A stretch of DNA of 64,000 nt from Octopus vulgaris (GCA_951406725.2 OX597820.1:52452001-52516000); one strand, 5' to 3'; counted from the first letter of the stretch, positions 27,588 through 42,423 are shown. The notes: generated by a model from the sequence alone, not told the origin. Numbers and translations: made by a program.

Positions 27588-28914
27588 AATATATGTAGAT
27601 ATGATGAAAGTCAGGTCGTGAACGAGTAAGACTACTTCTTAAAACTCATCTTACTCGTACTCACTCTTCAAGTTTGGCCTGCTCATCATTAATGATGTTT
27701 CCTGTGGTTGCTAAGCCTTGCAAACCATTCAACACCGATTACAACAGTAACCCTACTATGTTGATGCTGGAGCCTACAATGCCTAGTGGGAATATTTTTG
27801 AATAAAATTGCTTGTAAATTCGTATCCTACTACTAGTAATCATTTACCTTTCAAACTTTTTCGGTGCTACATTAGCGTGTGGTCTACAGCAGTATCCGTA
27901 ACCTACACTGCAAAAAGATCTCATCTGGATTAAGATTAGGTTTAAGGTTTCCGTTTTTAAAGATGAAGTTAGTCTTACATTGCATGTGAAAGTGTAAATG
28001 TCCAATTAGACCGCACGTTAAAATAGCGCCATCTTTTCTATTTCTTTTCCTGTATTTTCAGTCTTACTGTATAGCACTTCTGTCAGTCTTTGGACGCTTC
28101 CATTAGAATATCAGTTTCGTGCATGCGGTGAAGTTCATAGCTCTTAGCTCCACTATTCAGCCTTTCTAGTAATTTTCTTAAACCATTCTAAGAACAGCAT
28201 GTAGTATTCGGAGAGAGGTAACAAGAAATAAACGTGTTTTGAGAGATCCCAATACTTGAGTGGTATATTTATTATTGATCCCGAAATAATAAAAAAAGCA
28301 AAGTTTACTTTGGCATGATACGAACACAGATCACAAACAATATAACTCTTGTTTTTTCTGATGCTCTAACAACTTTGCTATTATACAGCGTATTTGCACA
28401 AGCCGTAATTAAGTATTGGTGTCAATGTATTCTTTATATCCTCCCACAAAATGTTGCTTCGTGTTTATGTTAGAAGTCGCTGCAAATTTACTGGTTCACA
28501 TAAACACATGAGCATACACAAATACACGTAGTTGTAAACACACATACACACATACTCACAAGCATAGTGTTTCACACACACAAACGCACACACACACACA
28601 CACGTACATATATATATACATTTATACACAAACATATACATAAACAGTTGTACTCACATACATAAAATCCATCATATTCTCAAGTCTTTATTTTCACATA
28701 CATTCCATAGTATTATAAAACACAAGAACAAGTTGTGCATTTACGGGTTCAGCATATAATATAAATATACGCTCTCCTGTACACACTTCCACACATACAT
28801 TCAGATGGATTTAAATGATATTTGAACAGGGTTTATTTATTCACACGATATTTTATAGTTTATGATTAACATTTTTTTTTACAGAATCTTCGGTTGTTGG
28901 CATTTTGCGTCTGT

Positions 28915-29217
28915 TGATGATGATGATGATGATGATGATGACGGTGGTGGTGGTGGTGGTGGTGGTGCTGGTGGTGCCGGTGGTGCCGGTGGTGCTGGTA
29001 GTGATGGTGGTGCTGGTGCTGGTGGTGCTGGTGCTGGTGGTGCTGGTGCTGGTGCTGGTGGTGATGATGATGGTGGTGATGATGATGAGGATGACGATGA
29101 TGATGATGATGATGGTGGCGGTGGTGGTGGTGCTGGTGGTGCTGGTGGTGCTGGTGGTGCTGGTGCTGGTGCTGGTGGTGCTGGTGCTGGTGCTGGTGGT
29201 GGTGATGATGATGGTGG

Positions 29218-29254
<37 letters not shown>

Positions 29255-29480
29255 AGTGTTGGTGGTGGTGGTGATGATGATGATGATAATGATAGCATTG
29301 ATGGTTGTGATTGTAGTGATGGTGGTGATGGTGGTTCTGGTGGAACTGGTGCTGCTGGTGGAGGTAGTGGTTGTGGTAGTGACAGTGGTTGTCGTAGTGA
29401 CGGTTGCGTCTGTCATTCGGCAAGCAGTGATGATTATCGTAGTACTCCTGCTGTTGCTGACAGTGGTGATGGTGCCGAAG
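28915..29480 (+). repeat. (GAT/GGT/GCT)n compound repeat with higher-order duplication
   Basis: Repeating block order GAT-run, GGT-run, GGT/GCT-run; degenerates toward the 3' end. Confidence 0.9.
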
Positions 29481-30444
29481 GAATGGCAGTGGGGATGGGT
29501 GGCGTACAATCAATCCAGCTTCACCAGATTTAGTCTTCCCGGTAATGAAATTCAAATACTTTTGAGTTACTCTGTAATAACAATTAGCATCATGAGCTCT
29601 AAGAAAAATTTAATTGGATGAATCACAGGCTCATACATCTGATAAAGAATACAGCACTCTGCCTTTATTAGCATTTTACAAATTCTATACCTACAATGGC
29701 AATTTATTTATTGTAGAATTTTATTACAGAATTGAAAATACAAAAGTAAAAACATACAGATATCTGAATTCCGAAAGTCTTTAATTCATCAGCATTGTAA
29801 GAATAACTACGATAAACATGAACGTTTTTCTTTAATTATTTCTTTTCGTTTTTTTTAATTTTGTCATTGTTAATATTTATTTAATTCTTTATTTATTTAT
29901 TTATTTTCAATTTCATTTGTTTGTGATACCGTTTTAGCTCAACTTCAAAGAAGAATCTAAATTTGGTTTATTCAAATCCAATGAAATTGGTGTTAAATTT
30001 TACGCTATGTATATTTTGCTAGCTTTATATAGAAATTCCATAAAAACATACGTAGAATTAACCGAAATTAAAACCTCAGCTGTATTTACAGTTAACAAGT
30101 CAGTTTGTATAAATTTGTTGCCAGACCGTTCGGTGTGTCAAAAAGTTTTGAAAGTGTACAAAAATCCGTTGTACAGATAAGCGGAATCAACTCCCTAATA
30201 ATATAATGGTGTTGTGTACGTCTGTTTATATTTATTCTGTCACGTTTAGATATGTGTCTTATCAATTTGACAGTCTTTATTTAATTTGACACTAATTAAA
30301 TTGAATGTTTAACTGAAGAGTGGGAAGAGAGAACGTTTGACGCAAGAGTATTTTCTATGCTCTGACCATCATTTCGTTTACTGATAAAGACCACAGTCAA
30401 GAGCCCATACACAAATATTTTACCCTGTCGGCGTAATGCATCTA

Positions 30445-30767
30445 TGTCTATGCATTTAGTGCTAGAAGGGTGAAGGCTCACGCTCTTAAGGTCGTGAGTT
30501 CGATTCCTGACTGTGCGTTATTTTTTTTAGCAAGACCCTTTAATTCACGTTGTTGCAGTCCACTTGGCTAGGAAAAAATGTGCTGTAGCTGTAACTCAAA
30601 GAGCTAGCTCTGTCACATTCTGTGTCACCCTGAATCTCCATGAAAACTCCATTAAGGATACGCGCGTTTGTGAAAAGCTCAATCACTTGCGCGTTAATTT
30701 CACGAGCAGATTTTTTCGTTGATCACATCAGCAGGAGCACACGTCGTCGTAATCGACGAAGTGCCCA
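30445..30767 (+). mobile_element. SINE family C
   Basis: ggtcgtgagttcgattcc B-box; colinear with 11271-11599. Confidence 0.8.
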
Positions 30768-33011
30768 CTTTAATACTGGGAAGAATAATTCACTGTTCTG
30801 ATCATCGTTTTGAAATTTTTGAGGCCGACCGTTCATTCAAGAAATCAACCCACGGTAGAACAGGGGAACATAAATCACACATCCACTTAATTATACAAAA
30901 CCAGAGATAAGCATTCAGTCATCTGAATTCTTGATATTCGAAAAATGACTTATGCATGCGAGTCGTAGAGTACACGTGTCATATTTAGAATGCAGATAAA
31001 ATTGGGTGCAGTACTCTTGAACATTAATGACGTCAGCGATATAAAATTACTGCAATCATTGACTGAAATGGAATTGTTGTCATTACTCACCTTGAGTCTA
31101 CCTCATCATCATTAATTATTCGGTCACAAACCACTGATATAGTTTGTTGTGCAGATCAAAATACATTCCGTCTGTATTTTGTTTTGTTTTTTATATAGAA
31201 AAATTCCAGCCTGATTCAGACCAATTCAAATGTTTATCTCGCTTACATCTACAATTGTTGTCTCTGAGGAACTCGTCCGTCGGTTGGAATGCATCGCTGT
31301 GTGCATTTATATTTTTCGCTTCGTCGCCTAAAATGGATGACTCCTCGTGGGTGATATCAGTACACAAAGCAATGAACCGTTATGAGGCTGTAGCTTTAGC
31401 ATAGGATTTAACGATCCGAGCAGTCCGTAACGGCGGTTACGCATTACTGTTGCTAAGTTGTATGTTCATAATTATGTGGACTGGATTAAAAACATTGAGA
31501 AGTAGAGAAACATACTTTTCTACATCAAGAGGAATGAAAAAAGTCAGAAAATATAAGAATAGGAAAACTAATAGGTCAACTGAGTGTTAGACAGATATAT
31601 TTTGAACTTTTATAATATTTTTGGGACATTTTTTTATCATTAATCCTTAGAGTAAACTATTACGACGGTGAATTGGCAGGGTTAGATTAGTTTTTGAAAT
31701 ATCGCAATAGCAGTCTATCCGATGTCAGAGCAATGAATGCCATGCTTTCCGATACTCGTTCCTGCACCCAGTGACATTAGTTCAAATTTCGCTCATGACA
31801 ACTTTGCCTTTGATCCTTTCTTATTAAAAAGTAAAAATGCAAGTCAAGTAATGGGGAAGTTTTTTCGACTTCTATCCTTCAGAAGAGAGCACGCGAGGTG
31901 TTAAGAAAGAATTCATATCGTGGACCGATAAATCGATTCTCAACTAATTTGTGGATGCTGCAGCAAAGCAAAGAATCTAAAATATTTCCTTCTTTACCTA
32001 TATTATTCACATCAAACTAAAAGGGCCAGTATAAAGTGTATAACGACAGAATTCTGTTAGACAGTGATCTGGTCGTAAGATTTTGGCAAGTGATTGTGTC
32101 AGAGGCGAAATCTTTGTTTCTGTACGATGACAAGTATAAATATGACGACATATGTGTATGTATCAGTAATGGAGTATGCTTAAACTCTCATACTAGGTTT
32201 CACTCAGTTTCGCAACTGATGTGTCTAGTTATTTGAGAAATGTACTGAAAATAAAACTATTTATAATACTTCTATGTAACTTCAAGCAAAATTTTTGAGA
32301 AAATTTAAGTCTAAACTATCGCAAAAAGAAAAGAGAAATATATGTCTGCGAAAAAACAATTGAAATAAAGATAGGATGTGCGTTGCTTTTTTTCAGTTAT
32401 ACAAACAAGGCAGCAAGTGGGTCAAATATCTTAAGTTGAGCTGCTAGAAATAGCTACTAATTATCCCTTGTTTCATACCGTTTCTGCCCCCCCCCCCCCA
32501 AAAGAAAATAAATAATCAGAGCTGGAATTATTATTTGTTTTATTATCATGTTAAGGACGTTCAATAGTTAAATAAAGTAAATAATATAATGTAAAAAATG
32601 TATTATAAGATGAAGTTATGAAATCACGTCTGTGTATATCACACTACGACACTACATCAATGTGTTATAATGGCAACAGTGTCACTCCCGTAGAGCATTG
32701 TTATATTTGGAACACAAAATCCCAGATGAAATTATCTGTCAAATAAATACAATAAAGAAAAATAAACTTACGGAGAGTTTCAAATAAACAAATTGTCAGA
32801 ATATCAATAAACATCCGTACTGTACAAACTAGCGTAAATAAATCATCTTGAGAACTAATGGAACATCGTCGAGGATTTGTGGAGAGATCAGGTAAGATAC
32901 TCATTATTTCCTTTTAATAAATGTAGAGTTAAAGATCATTATCTTACTATTTCTTAATGAAATCGTTGTTAAATGTCTGCAACCATTGTATAAGTGTTCA
33001 GATCCACGCTG

Positions 33012-33346
33012 GTCTGCCGTTACGTGCTGAGTTCAAATTCCGCCGAGGTCGACTTTGCCTTTCATCGTTTCGGGGTCGATAAATTAAGTACCAGTTACGC
33101 ACTGGGGTCGATGTAATCGACTTAATCCGTTTGTCTGTCCTTTTTTGTTCCCTCTGTGTTTAACCCCGTGTGGGTAGTAAAGAAATAGGTATTTCGTCCG
33201 CTGAGGTCGACTTTGCCTATCATCCTTTCGGGGTCGATTAAATAAGTACCAGTTACGCATTGGGTCGATATAATCGACTTAATCCGTTTGTCTGTCCTTG
33301 TTTGTCCCCTCTGTGTTTAGCCCCTTGTGGGTAGTAAAGAAATAGG
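33012..33346 (+). mobile_element. SINE family B, partial-tandem dimer
   Basis: Two units, each ending gggtagtaaagaaatagg, joined at 33181-33200. Confidence 0.85.
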
Positions 33347-35444
33347 AATTTATGCGGAAATTATAACAATGCACTGTACGTCACCACTACGACTACTAGT
33401 CGTATAAAAAAAGAGTAGAAGAAAATTAAGAGTTAAAAGAAGGAAAGAAAAGGCTGTGAGCATAAGAAGAGGCCGATATTTTATTTATAAAGAATATTTT
33501 CAACAAAAGATGTTAATGTATAACCCCCCACCACCTTCGTCAAGTATGTTGAATCAACACTTATTTTCCTTCTTTTCCCTACATTCACAGCATAAAATCT
33601 TTATGAGCTTATGAAAACAAGGTAAATTATATTTCAACCAGTCGGTGGATTGGTATAACGGGAGCAATATTGTATGTAAAGTAGTTATCTAGAATGAAAA
33701 GAATCTTAGAATCACTAGGAAAACATTTAAAAGACTTATCACAATGTATGAAAGAGAAAACTCTTTATGTTTTGTTTTTCTTTATGTCACTGTTGTTATA
33801 GATTTCAAAACATGTTAGCTTGTTCATAACACGATTAAATGTCTTAGATGAGTTGTCATAATTAAAGTTATGATTTTTCGCGCTATTAACATTATTTTAT
33901 TGTTTTGTCTCGACTTTATAACGTCTCATATACATAGTCTAGGTGTTTTGTATACATAGTCCCCTACTGAATTTACTTTTGTGTTTGTTAGTATAGGATA
34001 CGACCGGAAATACGTCTGCCACAAGAACAAGAAATAAGAAATAATCAACAGCACTCTAGAAAAAAAATAAAACGAAAGATATTAATGAAAAGGTAGAGAA
34101 AGAAAGAAATGAGGGACCTGAATCTATTCTTTCTTTTGAGTTCGTGAGTTCGAATACTGTCTCGGAGCAGGCCTTCAATCTACTCAACAAAATATATGTA
34201 GAAGCCATTGTTACTCTTCTCTCTCAACGTCTCACATTACTCCATCTTCTGGTAGATGAACGCGTATAAGAAACAATGGTTTATGTCTGTTCGCTACTAC
34301 ATTGGCACTTTAAGCAATTAGCATAAACATGATATATGCTCTGGTGCTTATCAATTTCAATAAGTTTAACGCTTCCTTATCATTAAAACTCGCTTCCTTC
34401 CTCTCGTCTTCACGTCAACCTGATGCTTGGTAACTTTCCCTTGCACGACTTGCTTTGCTAAAAAAACAGTAATACCTGAGAAGAAAGAAGAGTTGACCCG
34501 AGCACTTGACTTCTACTTTCTTGATACGAAATGAACGAATGTTAAAGTTGACTTCAGCTGATACTGAATTACCTTCCATCCGACGCTCAAACTAATCAAC
34601 CAATCCGACGTTTTTAAAAAAAATATACTAAGGACATTTTAAAATATCGCTTCTTTGAAACACATTTTTGGTTCATTGTTGATTGCTGCGTAATTTGGGA
34701 AATGAACAAACATACATAACGACTGGAATCTCTAGCAAACGGGGCAATTTCAAACTATAAAATGTTTCCATCGCAGTTCCTATAACATTGCCATTGCCAT
34801 GATAAAGAAAGAATCAAATTATACTCATGATGAATATACATTATGTTTTGCTTTGTATTATTATTTTTTCCCCATAGATTCAGTTAATTTGTTTATTGTC
34901 TTTGGTTACAGAAAAAAACTAAGAAACTAGAATAACACCAATGCAAAATTAAATTTAACCAACAAAATATTTTGCTAAGAATTTTTTATACTGCTTATCG
35001 CTTTCAATTAACTGCAATCTTGTTTCAGATGTAGACATCCTGAGAGTGTGGTATATCGTATGTTATCAAAATCTCAAGGCTCATTACAAGTTGAATAATG
35101 TCTAAATTGATATGAATATTTGGGCGTATGATAGAAGCCCGGGGAACACAATTGCGAGAGAGTACTTAAAATGCATTATCAGAAAACTCAGAAACCGTTA
35201 GGTTTCTCCAATCAGACCCAGACGACTGTAGGCTCATTGGAACTACTTAAGTGTTTATGTTTCACTTTATTAAGAATTTTAAAAATATTTATCTTGCTTA
35301 CTCATTAAAAAACATCACCAGAACTGCCACTAAATCCTAATTAAATTTTATAATATTCTCTGTCGTCCGTCCTTCTATAAATATACAAGATCATTATAAT
35401 TGCTCCATGAAAAAAAAAAAATTAAAACAATTATTTTCATTGAA

Positions 35445-35590
<146 letters not shown>

Positions 35591-36110
35591 CATGATTATT
35601 ATCAATGATTGCATTATTGTTTTTACTAATAATAGCTGTGCTTTCTCTTGCTCCCGTTTGTACTATTTTTTTAATCGTTGTGAATGAATAACTTCAACAG
35701 TGTTATGATGGTGATGAACAGGAACAATATCATCAGCAGCAGCACCACCACCGTCGTCATCATCATCACCATGACCATCATCATCATTATCATCAACAAC
35801 AACAATAACAACTACAACAACATTATAATAAGCTTCTTGTGCTATATTTATTTCAAGATAAAAAAAAAATTGTGTCCGTGCATGTGTGTATATGTGTGTA
35901 AGTGTATGTATGTGTGTGTTTGTGTGTTTGTGTGTATGAGTTTATATACAGAAAAAAAAAGAGAAAGTGGGGAGGAAGAGAGGAAGGAGAGAATGAAGAA
36001 GAAAGGAAGTTGGAAAGAAAGACGTGAATAAAATGATAAACGACGAGAAAGGGTGTACCAGCAATAAAGCATTATGAGATCACGTCTTGCTTAGAGAAGA
36101 AGCTTATGTG

Positions 36111-36130
36111 CCAGCGACCTCTGGTGGCCA
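36111..36130 (-). promoter_or_regulatory. Candidate CTCF binding site
   Basis: Minus strand TGGCCACCAGAGGTCGCTGG closely matches the CCACCAGGGGGCGC core; lies in an apparently non-repetitive island. Confidence 0.45.
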
Positions 36131-37539
36131 CGTCAGACAGCCATGGTGTTTGCTTTGCATGCCGATAGAAGAGATTGTTTAGAATAAAGCTAGGCTAGAC
36201 TGGAAAACAATTATCATTTTCTATCCAGACGTTGTTTACTTTTTGTAATAAAAGCTTGCAAGTTCGTGACTAAAGGCTATTAGTGCTGTAATGGATCGTA
36301 AGAACGCGAAGGAGCAACATTTGGTGCTTTCGTCTCTGCACGCGCGTCTGAGAGTGTGTGTCTGTGTGTGTGTGTGTATGTGTATGAGCGTATGCGTGTG
36401 TTTGCGAGATTAAGAGTGTGTATGTGCTTGTGCACGTTTGCTAGGGTAAGGTTGTGTGTGTTTATGTTGGGAGAGCAAGACGGAACAAAAAGAAGTAGAA
36501 AAACACTTTTGCTATTATACATACGCTTACGCATGCCCACATACAAGAGCCAATAAGACGAGTTTGTTCATATACACATATACCACTTATATATATATAT
36601 ATATGCGCACACACATACACGCAATTACACACATTTGTACACATAAATCTATATGTGTGTTTGTGTGTGTGTACGTACATATATGTAATACAAAATACTG
36701 CATATATGTGCATGCGTATATAAACAAATACAAACACGTATAATGTATATATATATACATACAAATATATATATGTGTATATATGTGTATATGTATAGAC
36801 ATACACACATATATACACATGTATATATATATATGTGTGTGTGTGTGCGTGTGTGTGTATATATATGTGTATATGTATATATGCATATAAATGTTAAAGT
36901 GTATATGCATATATACAAATATGCATGTATATATATATAAATATACACACATATATATATGTATATATGTATATACACATATATATGTATATAAATATAT
37001 ACATATACATGTGCTTGTTTATGCGTGTGTGTATATATACACAAACATATAAACATGTGTATGTATATAAAGTCATGTACATATTAATCTATATATAGCA
37101 TGTGTATATTATAAAATCGGGTGCGGACGTTTTCGCATTACTTTAACCCCTCACACCATCTCCTCCCATTTCTTTAGCGTCTTTACATCTCTCCATATCC
37201 TTCAATATCCATCGTATTGTTTGCTCACGTACTTTCCTCACTATTGGGAATGGAGTGAATAGCGACTCCCCACTGGGCATGTTAACCTTCTTCTGGTGCA
37301 CAGAACGATAGAAACGGAAAGAGAATGGGGGGGGGGATCTCTCGCCGAAATGAAAGATCATTCGTGGAACGTGTAGTTATTGTTGTTGTTTTGTATATGT
37401 GCGTATGTGTCCTTCGGTGAATGCTGCATATCAATTTCTGCTGAGTTGATCTGTTAACTATGTTTAGAATCCAACGTTTAATATTTACTTTCTCTAAAGA
37501 AAATCATGAACAAAAATATCAATCGTTTTTTTTATTATA

Positions 37540-37621
<82 letters not shown>

Positions 37622-38497
37622 CATACATATATATATAAACATATATATATATATATATATATATATAACAATGAAAAATGATCAAGACTGAATCGTCGGT
37701 CGATATCAAATCCAATTTCCTTGTCTTCTCTACCCTTAACTCTCACGTACTCTAATACTCTTAAGAAATAGCATCCTCTTGGCATTTGTTTTATGGGGGG
37801 TTTTTGAGGGGTTTTGTCATTTTGTTTCATTTCGTTAATATTTACAATTACAATGAGAAATTCTTTTTCTTTTTTCTGTAGTTTTGTTGACATTTTTGTT
37901 CATCTATTTTCATTAAATTATTTATGTCCTTTTCTATTTGTTATTTTCTTTTATAGAATCAGGTAAGACGGAAATTAGAAGAGTGAATGCTGTAATGACT
38001 CAGGACTTGGCCGTTAATTTGTGGTTGACATCAGTTACGGTTTCGCTAAAGTGATTATATCACAGACAAACTGTGCTTGTGTTTTTTACGTGCTTAGGGA
38101 CATTTAAACAGCGCCACTACAACTGCTACACAAACACAACTCCCTCCTCTGCCACAACCGCCACAAAACCCCACAACCGCCTCAACAAACCATAACCACG
38201 GCAATCACCACAAGCATCTCAACCATCACATCCACGTACATAATCACTGCAACCATTACATCTGTTTCCAGTTCTTCAATAGCAACCACTGCTATCACCA
38301 TCAGCGTCTCTATTTATTGGTATAATACTAGTTACCATATATTAACCGATATAATCGCCACCAGAACCGTTATATATTTTGTCTTCAGAAATTACCATCA
38401 CCATCGTCGTCGTCGTCATCATCATCATCCTCAGTAACAGCAGCAGTAACAGTGGCGGCGGCAGCAGCAGCAGTGGTAATTACGTCTGTATGTAATG

Positions 38498-38536
<39 letters not shown>

Positions 38537-38689
38537 GTATAGGGCAAGAGACAGACAGGGAGAGAGAAAGATAGAGGGAGTGTAAGAGAGAGGGAGATAG
38601 AAAGAGTGAGAGGGAAGGAAAGAGAGAGTGGCGGCAGCAATAGCAGCAGTAGTAACTGCGTGTGTATGTATTGTGTATATATCTATATG

Positions 38690-38757
<68 letters not shown>

Positions 38758-38834
38758 ATGGCGAGAGACAGAGCGGGAGAGAGAAAGAGAGAGACGGAAT
38801 GGGATAGAGAGAGACCTGTCTATCTAGCTAACTC

Positions 38835-38914
<80 letters not shown>

Positions 38915-39972
38915 CGAGTGTGTATGTTGTTACATTTTTTTCAGAATATATCTTTTCATAAAACTTTCACAAATACCGTCATACTTATTTGTAATTTCGC
39001 TCAAGCTGACCATTAAGACATATGCTATGTTTAAGTTACATTTCATTGCAATACCGCACATATCCCCGTTCTTTAGTCGCAGATAAGGTTGATTTTACGC
39101 TGTCCGTAGATATTTTCAGAATTGCTATTCACAGAAATGGCGAATGACAAACGAGAGGCGTTTATGATGCCTGTTAATCGTATCAGAGTGAGTGAGAGAT
39201 CGATTGTATTATACACTCGAGGATATATTTTTGCCAGTTTCATAAATCAACCAATCTTTAAGCGTAATCTCTTGAATCTACAGCAGAATAAAACTTTGGT
39301 TTCCATCTTTCTCTTTATTGGCATAGACTGGTCATTCATTGTTAGTGAAATCTATTGGAAATAATTTTTATTTAATACATACCAATTACGAGTACAAATA
39401 CAGAAACGATTTGAACGTGACTATCTTTGTTGTGAATCTATTGCAATCATATATACAGCCTTTTGAATATGTACCAAACACGTACAGTCAGCAGAAATAT
39501 TTGCTTATATGAATCATTGCAATGCCAGTGAAGTGTGTGTGTGCGTTAGTTAATCTTTATAGCATGATTCGTGATTTTTAAGCTTTGTTTATTTCAATAC
39601 ATACATTAAATACAGCTGATTCTCAATTAACGAAATGCTCCCGTAATAACAATCGGCGCGCTTTGACACAACTATAAACAAAGTGAATATATATATATTT
39701 TCATTTGTTTGACAGATGTGTTAAGGCCCGAATGAAAAACGGCTGATTGTATGAAATTATGAAAAATCATGGAAATGTAAAACAGAAAATAACTGCTAAA
39801 TAAACACACACACACACACGTCTGTCTTTCTCCCTCTCTTTCTCTGTCTTTCTCCCTCTCTTTCTCTGTCTTTCTCTCACTATATATATATATAAAATTA
39901 ACAGAATAAGATAAAAAATCCAAGACTATGAAAGATTTCAGAACATTTTTAAATGTTCTGAAATCTTTCATA

Positions 39973-40134
39973 GGCGCAGGAGTGGCTGTGTGGTAAGTAG
40001 CTTGCTAACCAACCACATGGTTCCGGGTTCAGTCCCACTGCGTGGCATCTTGGGCAAGTGTGTTCTGCTATAGCCTCGGGCCGACCAATACCTTGTAAGT
40101 GGATTTGGTAGACGGAAACTGAAAGAAGCCTGTC

Positions 40135-40185
<51 letters not shown>

Positions 40186-40388
40186 TGTGTTTGTCCCCCT
40201 AGCATTGCTTGACAACCGATGCTGGTGTGTTTACGTCCTCGTCACTTAGCGGTTCGGCAAAAGAGACCAATAGAATAAGTACTGGGCTTACAGAGAATAA
40301 GTCCCGGGGTCGATTTGCTCGACTAAAGGCGGTGCTCCAGCATGGCCGCAGTCAAATGACTGAAACAAGTAAAAGAGAGTAAAAGAGT
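39973..40388 (+). mobile_element. SINE family A, full length
   Basis: Near-identical to 383-829. Confidence 0.92.
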
Positions 40389-40748
40389 ATATATTGAGGG
40401 CATTACTATACATAAATGCCACGCGCTAGGGATTCTTAAAGTCAAAACTACCGAAATAAATAAACACATAGTACGGAATACGAGGGAATGCAAATCTCGA
40501 AGCGAGTCTTTTAAAAACAGGATTCAGCTGCATATCATATGATTTCATAATCATATGATATGCAGCTGAATTCTGTATATCATATGCACACATACACATA
40601 GAGACATGCAGGAAGTAAATAGACACGTTTAATATTCAAAATTTCTGATGTAAGTGTCATAATAATTTTTCAGTGGTGTAGAATTTACATTGTAATTATT
40701 CTTTTTCATTCCAGGTGCCGTTATATTAAACATTTGCGAAGAGTAACC

Positions 40749-41135
40749 ATGGCACGCACAAAAAAAAAATACAGCACGGGTGTCAAATTTTCAAAGAACT
40801 CGTATTGTTGGGCAATCTGAGGCAAGTCTTAGCCAGCGAAAAATTGCCAAAAATCTTCAAATTCCTCTTACTACTGTTAATAGAATTATAGCGCAATTCA
40901 AAAGCCAAGGAAAAGAATCAACAGATTCTCGTCCCGACCGACCTGGGCCTTCGGAAAGGAAGCTTCGCTGTTTGAAGGGTATTGTGGAAAAGGAACCCCG
41001 TTCGAAGGCTAGTGTCATTGCAAAAAGCTAGAAGTTAGTCCAAGAACGTTTATTACACATCTGCATAAGCTTGGGTATTATGGACGAGCAGCTAGAAGAT
41101 AACCTCTCCTTCAACCAATTAATATCACATAAAAG
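40749..41135 (+). pseudogene. Tc1-like transposase N-terminal (paired-like HTH) fragment
   Basis: [10 protein letters not shown]...[21 protein letters not shown]...SRPDRP, then after a frameshift VSPRT...LHKLGYYGRAARR*PLL; DDE domain lost. Confidence 0.85.
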
Positions 41136-41234
41136 ATTTTGAAAATTAAAGGTGTCTATTTACTTCCTGCATATCTGTGTGTCTATATATATATATGTAC
41201 ATATATACATATATATATAGATATATACAGAGAG

Positions 41235-41320
<86 letters not shown>

Positions 41321-41350
41321 TTAGATAGATAGATAGACATACAGACAGAC

Positions 41351-41404
<54 letters not shown>

Positions 41405-42368
41405 ATAGATAGATAGAAAGATACCTGAATGCATGTATTTATGTATGTGTGTGTATTTATCTATGCATGTATGAAAGAATGTAGTATGTGATTCATTGAA
41501 AGAGAGAGGGCTACGCCAGCATGCACCTCGCATTCGTTTCAGTTGTGCTGGTTGGATCAAAGTAAAAATAAGATTTTGCTATAGACGGAAGCTTGTCACT
41601 CTGTCCCAGTATCGAACCTGCAATCCTAACTTCACGAGTTCAACGTCCTAACCACGAGACCACGTATGAAATGCTGTGTTCATGTGATTGCGATATAGAA
41701 TTCGGAACGTATGCAATGAGGCACTTTGTTTGACATTGTTCTCCGTCACTTCAGTGTCATGTGTATTATCATATATTCCATATATGTATGCATGCTTGTG
41801 TACATGTCCATAGATTTTTGCGTGTGCACGTGTCTGTGTTTGTGTGAGTGCATGTAATTTTAATCCGACTCAACACTCTGCTGCGAAATTTTGCTGACGT
41901 CAAGCTTCATTATTTTTATGGTGGATTAATTAAAAGTGAAGGTAGGGCGATGAATTAGCGGAATTAATAGATACAAGACAGGAAGCTTTGCCATTTCTGA
42001 TCGAGCTCCCGCAATCCACATGCAACACCTGCATCGACAATTATGACAATACGAGCGGGTTTTCTTTTTGCATTAGAGAACATCAAGGTTCAGTGTGTTA
42101 AGATTTCATGCGTGCGCAACAGCCATTCTTATAACAAAATTTTAATCAATATATAGATGTTGTAAATAAATATTAAAATTAAATTATAGGTATGGAAAAT
42201 CTCCTTCCTTCTTATCTTTATTATATATATACAAATTCACATATATATACAAATAGATACATAGATAGATGGACAGACAGACATATATATACATAGATAT
42301 AGATAAACGAAATGCGGTGTCCTTAAAACCAACCAGCAATTATTTGTGTGTGTATGTATGTATGAATG

Positions 42369-42423
<55 letters not shown>

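Noticed and set aside
31144-31404. 86-aa ORF after an acceptor-like tract
   Set aside because: No recognisable homology and no clear donor
37230-37290. Possible miRNA hairpin
   Set aside because: Pairing is short and I recognise no conserved mature miRNA sequence
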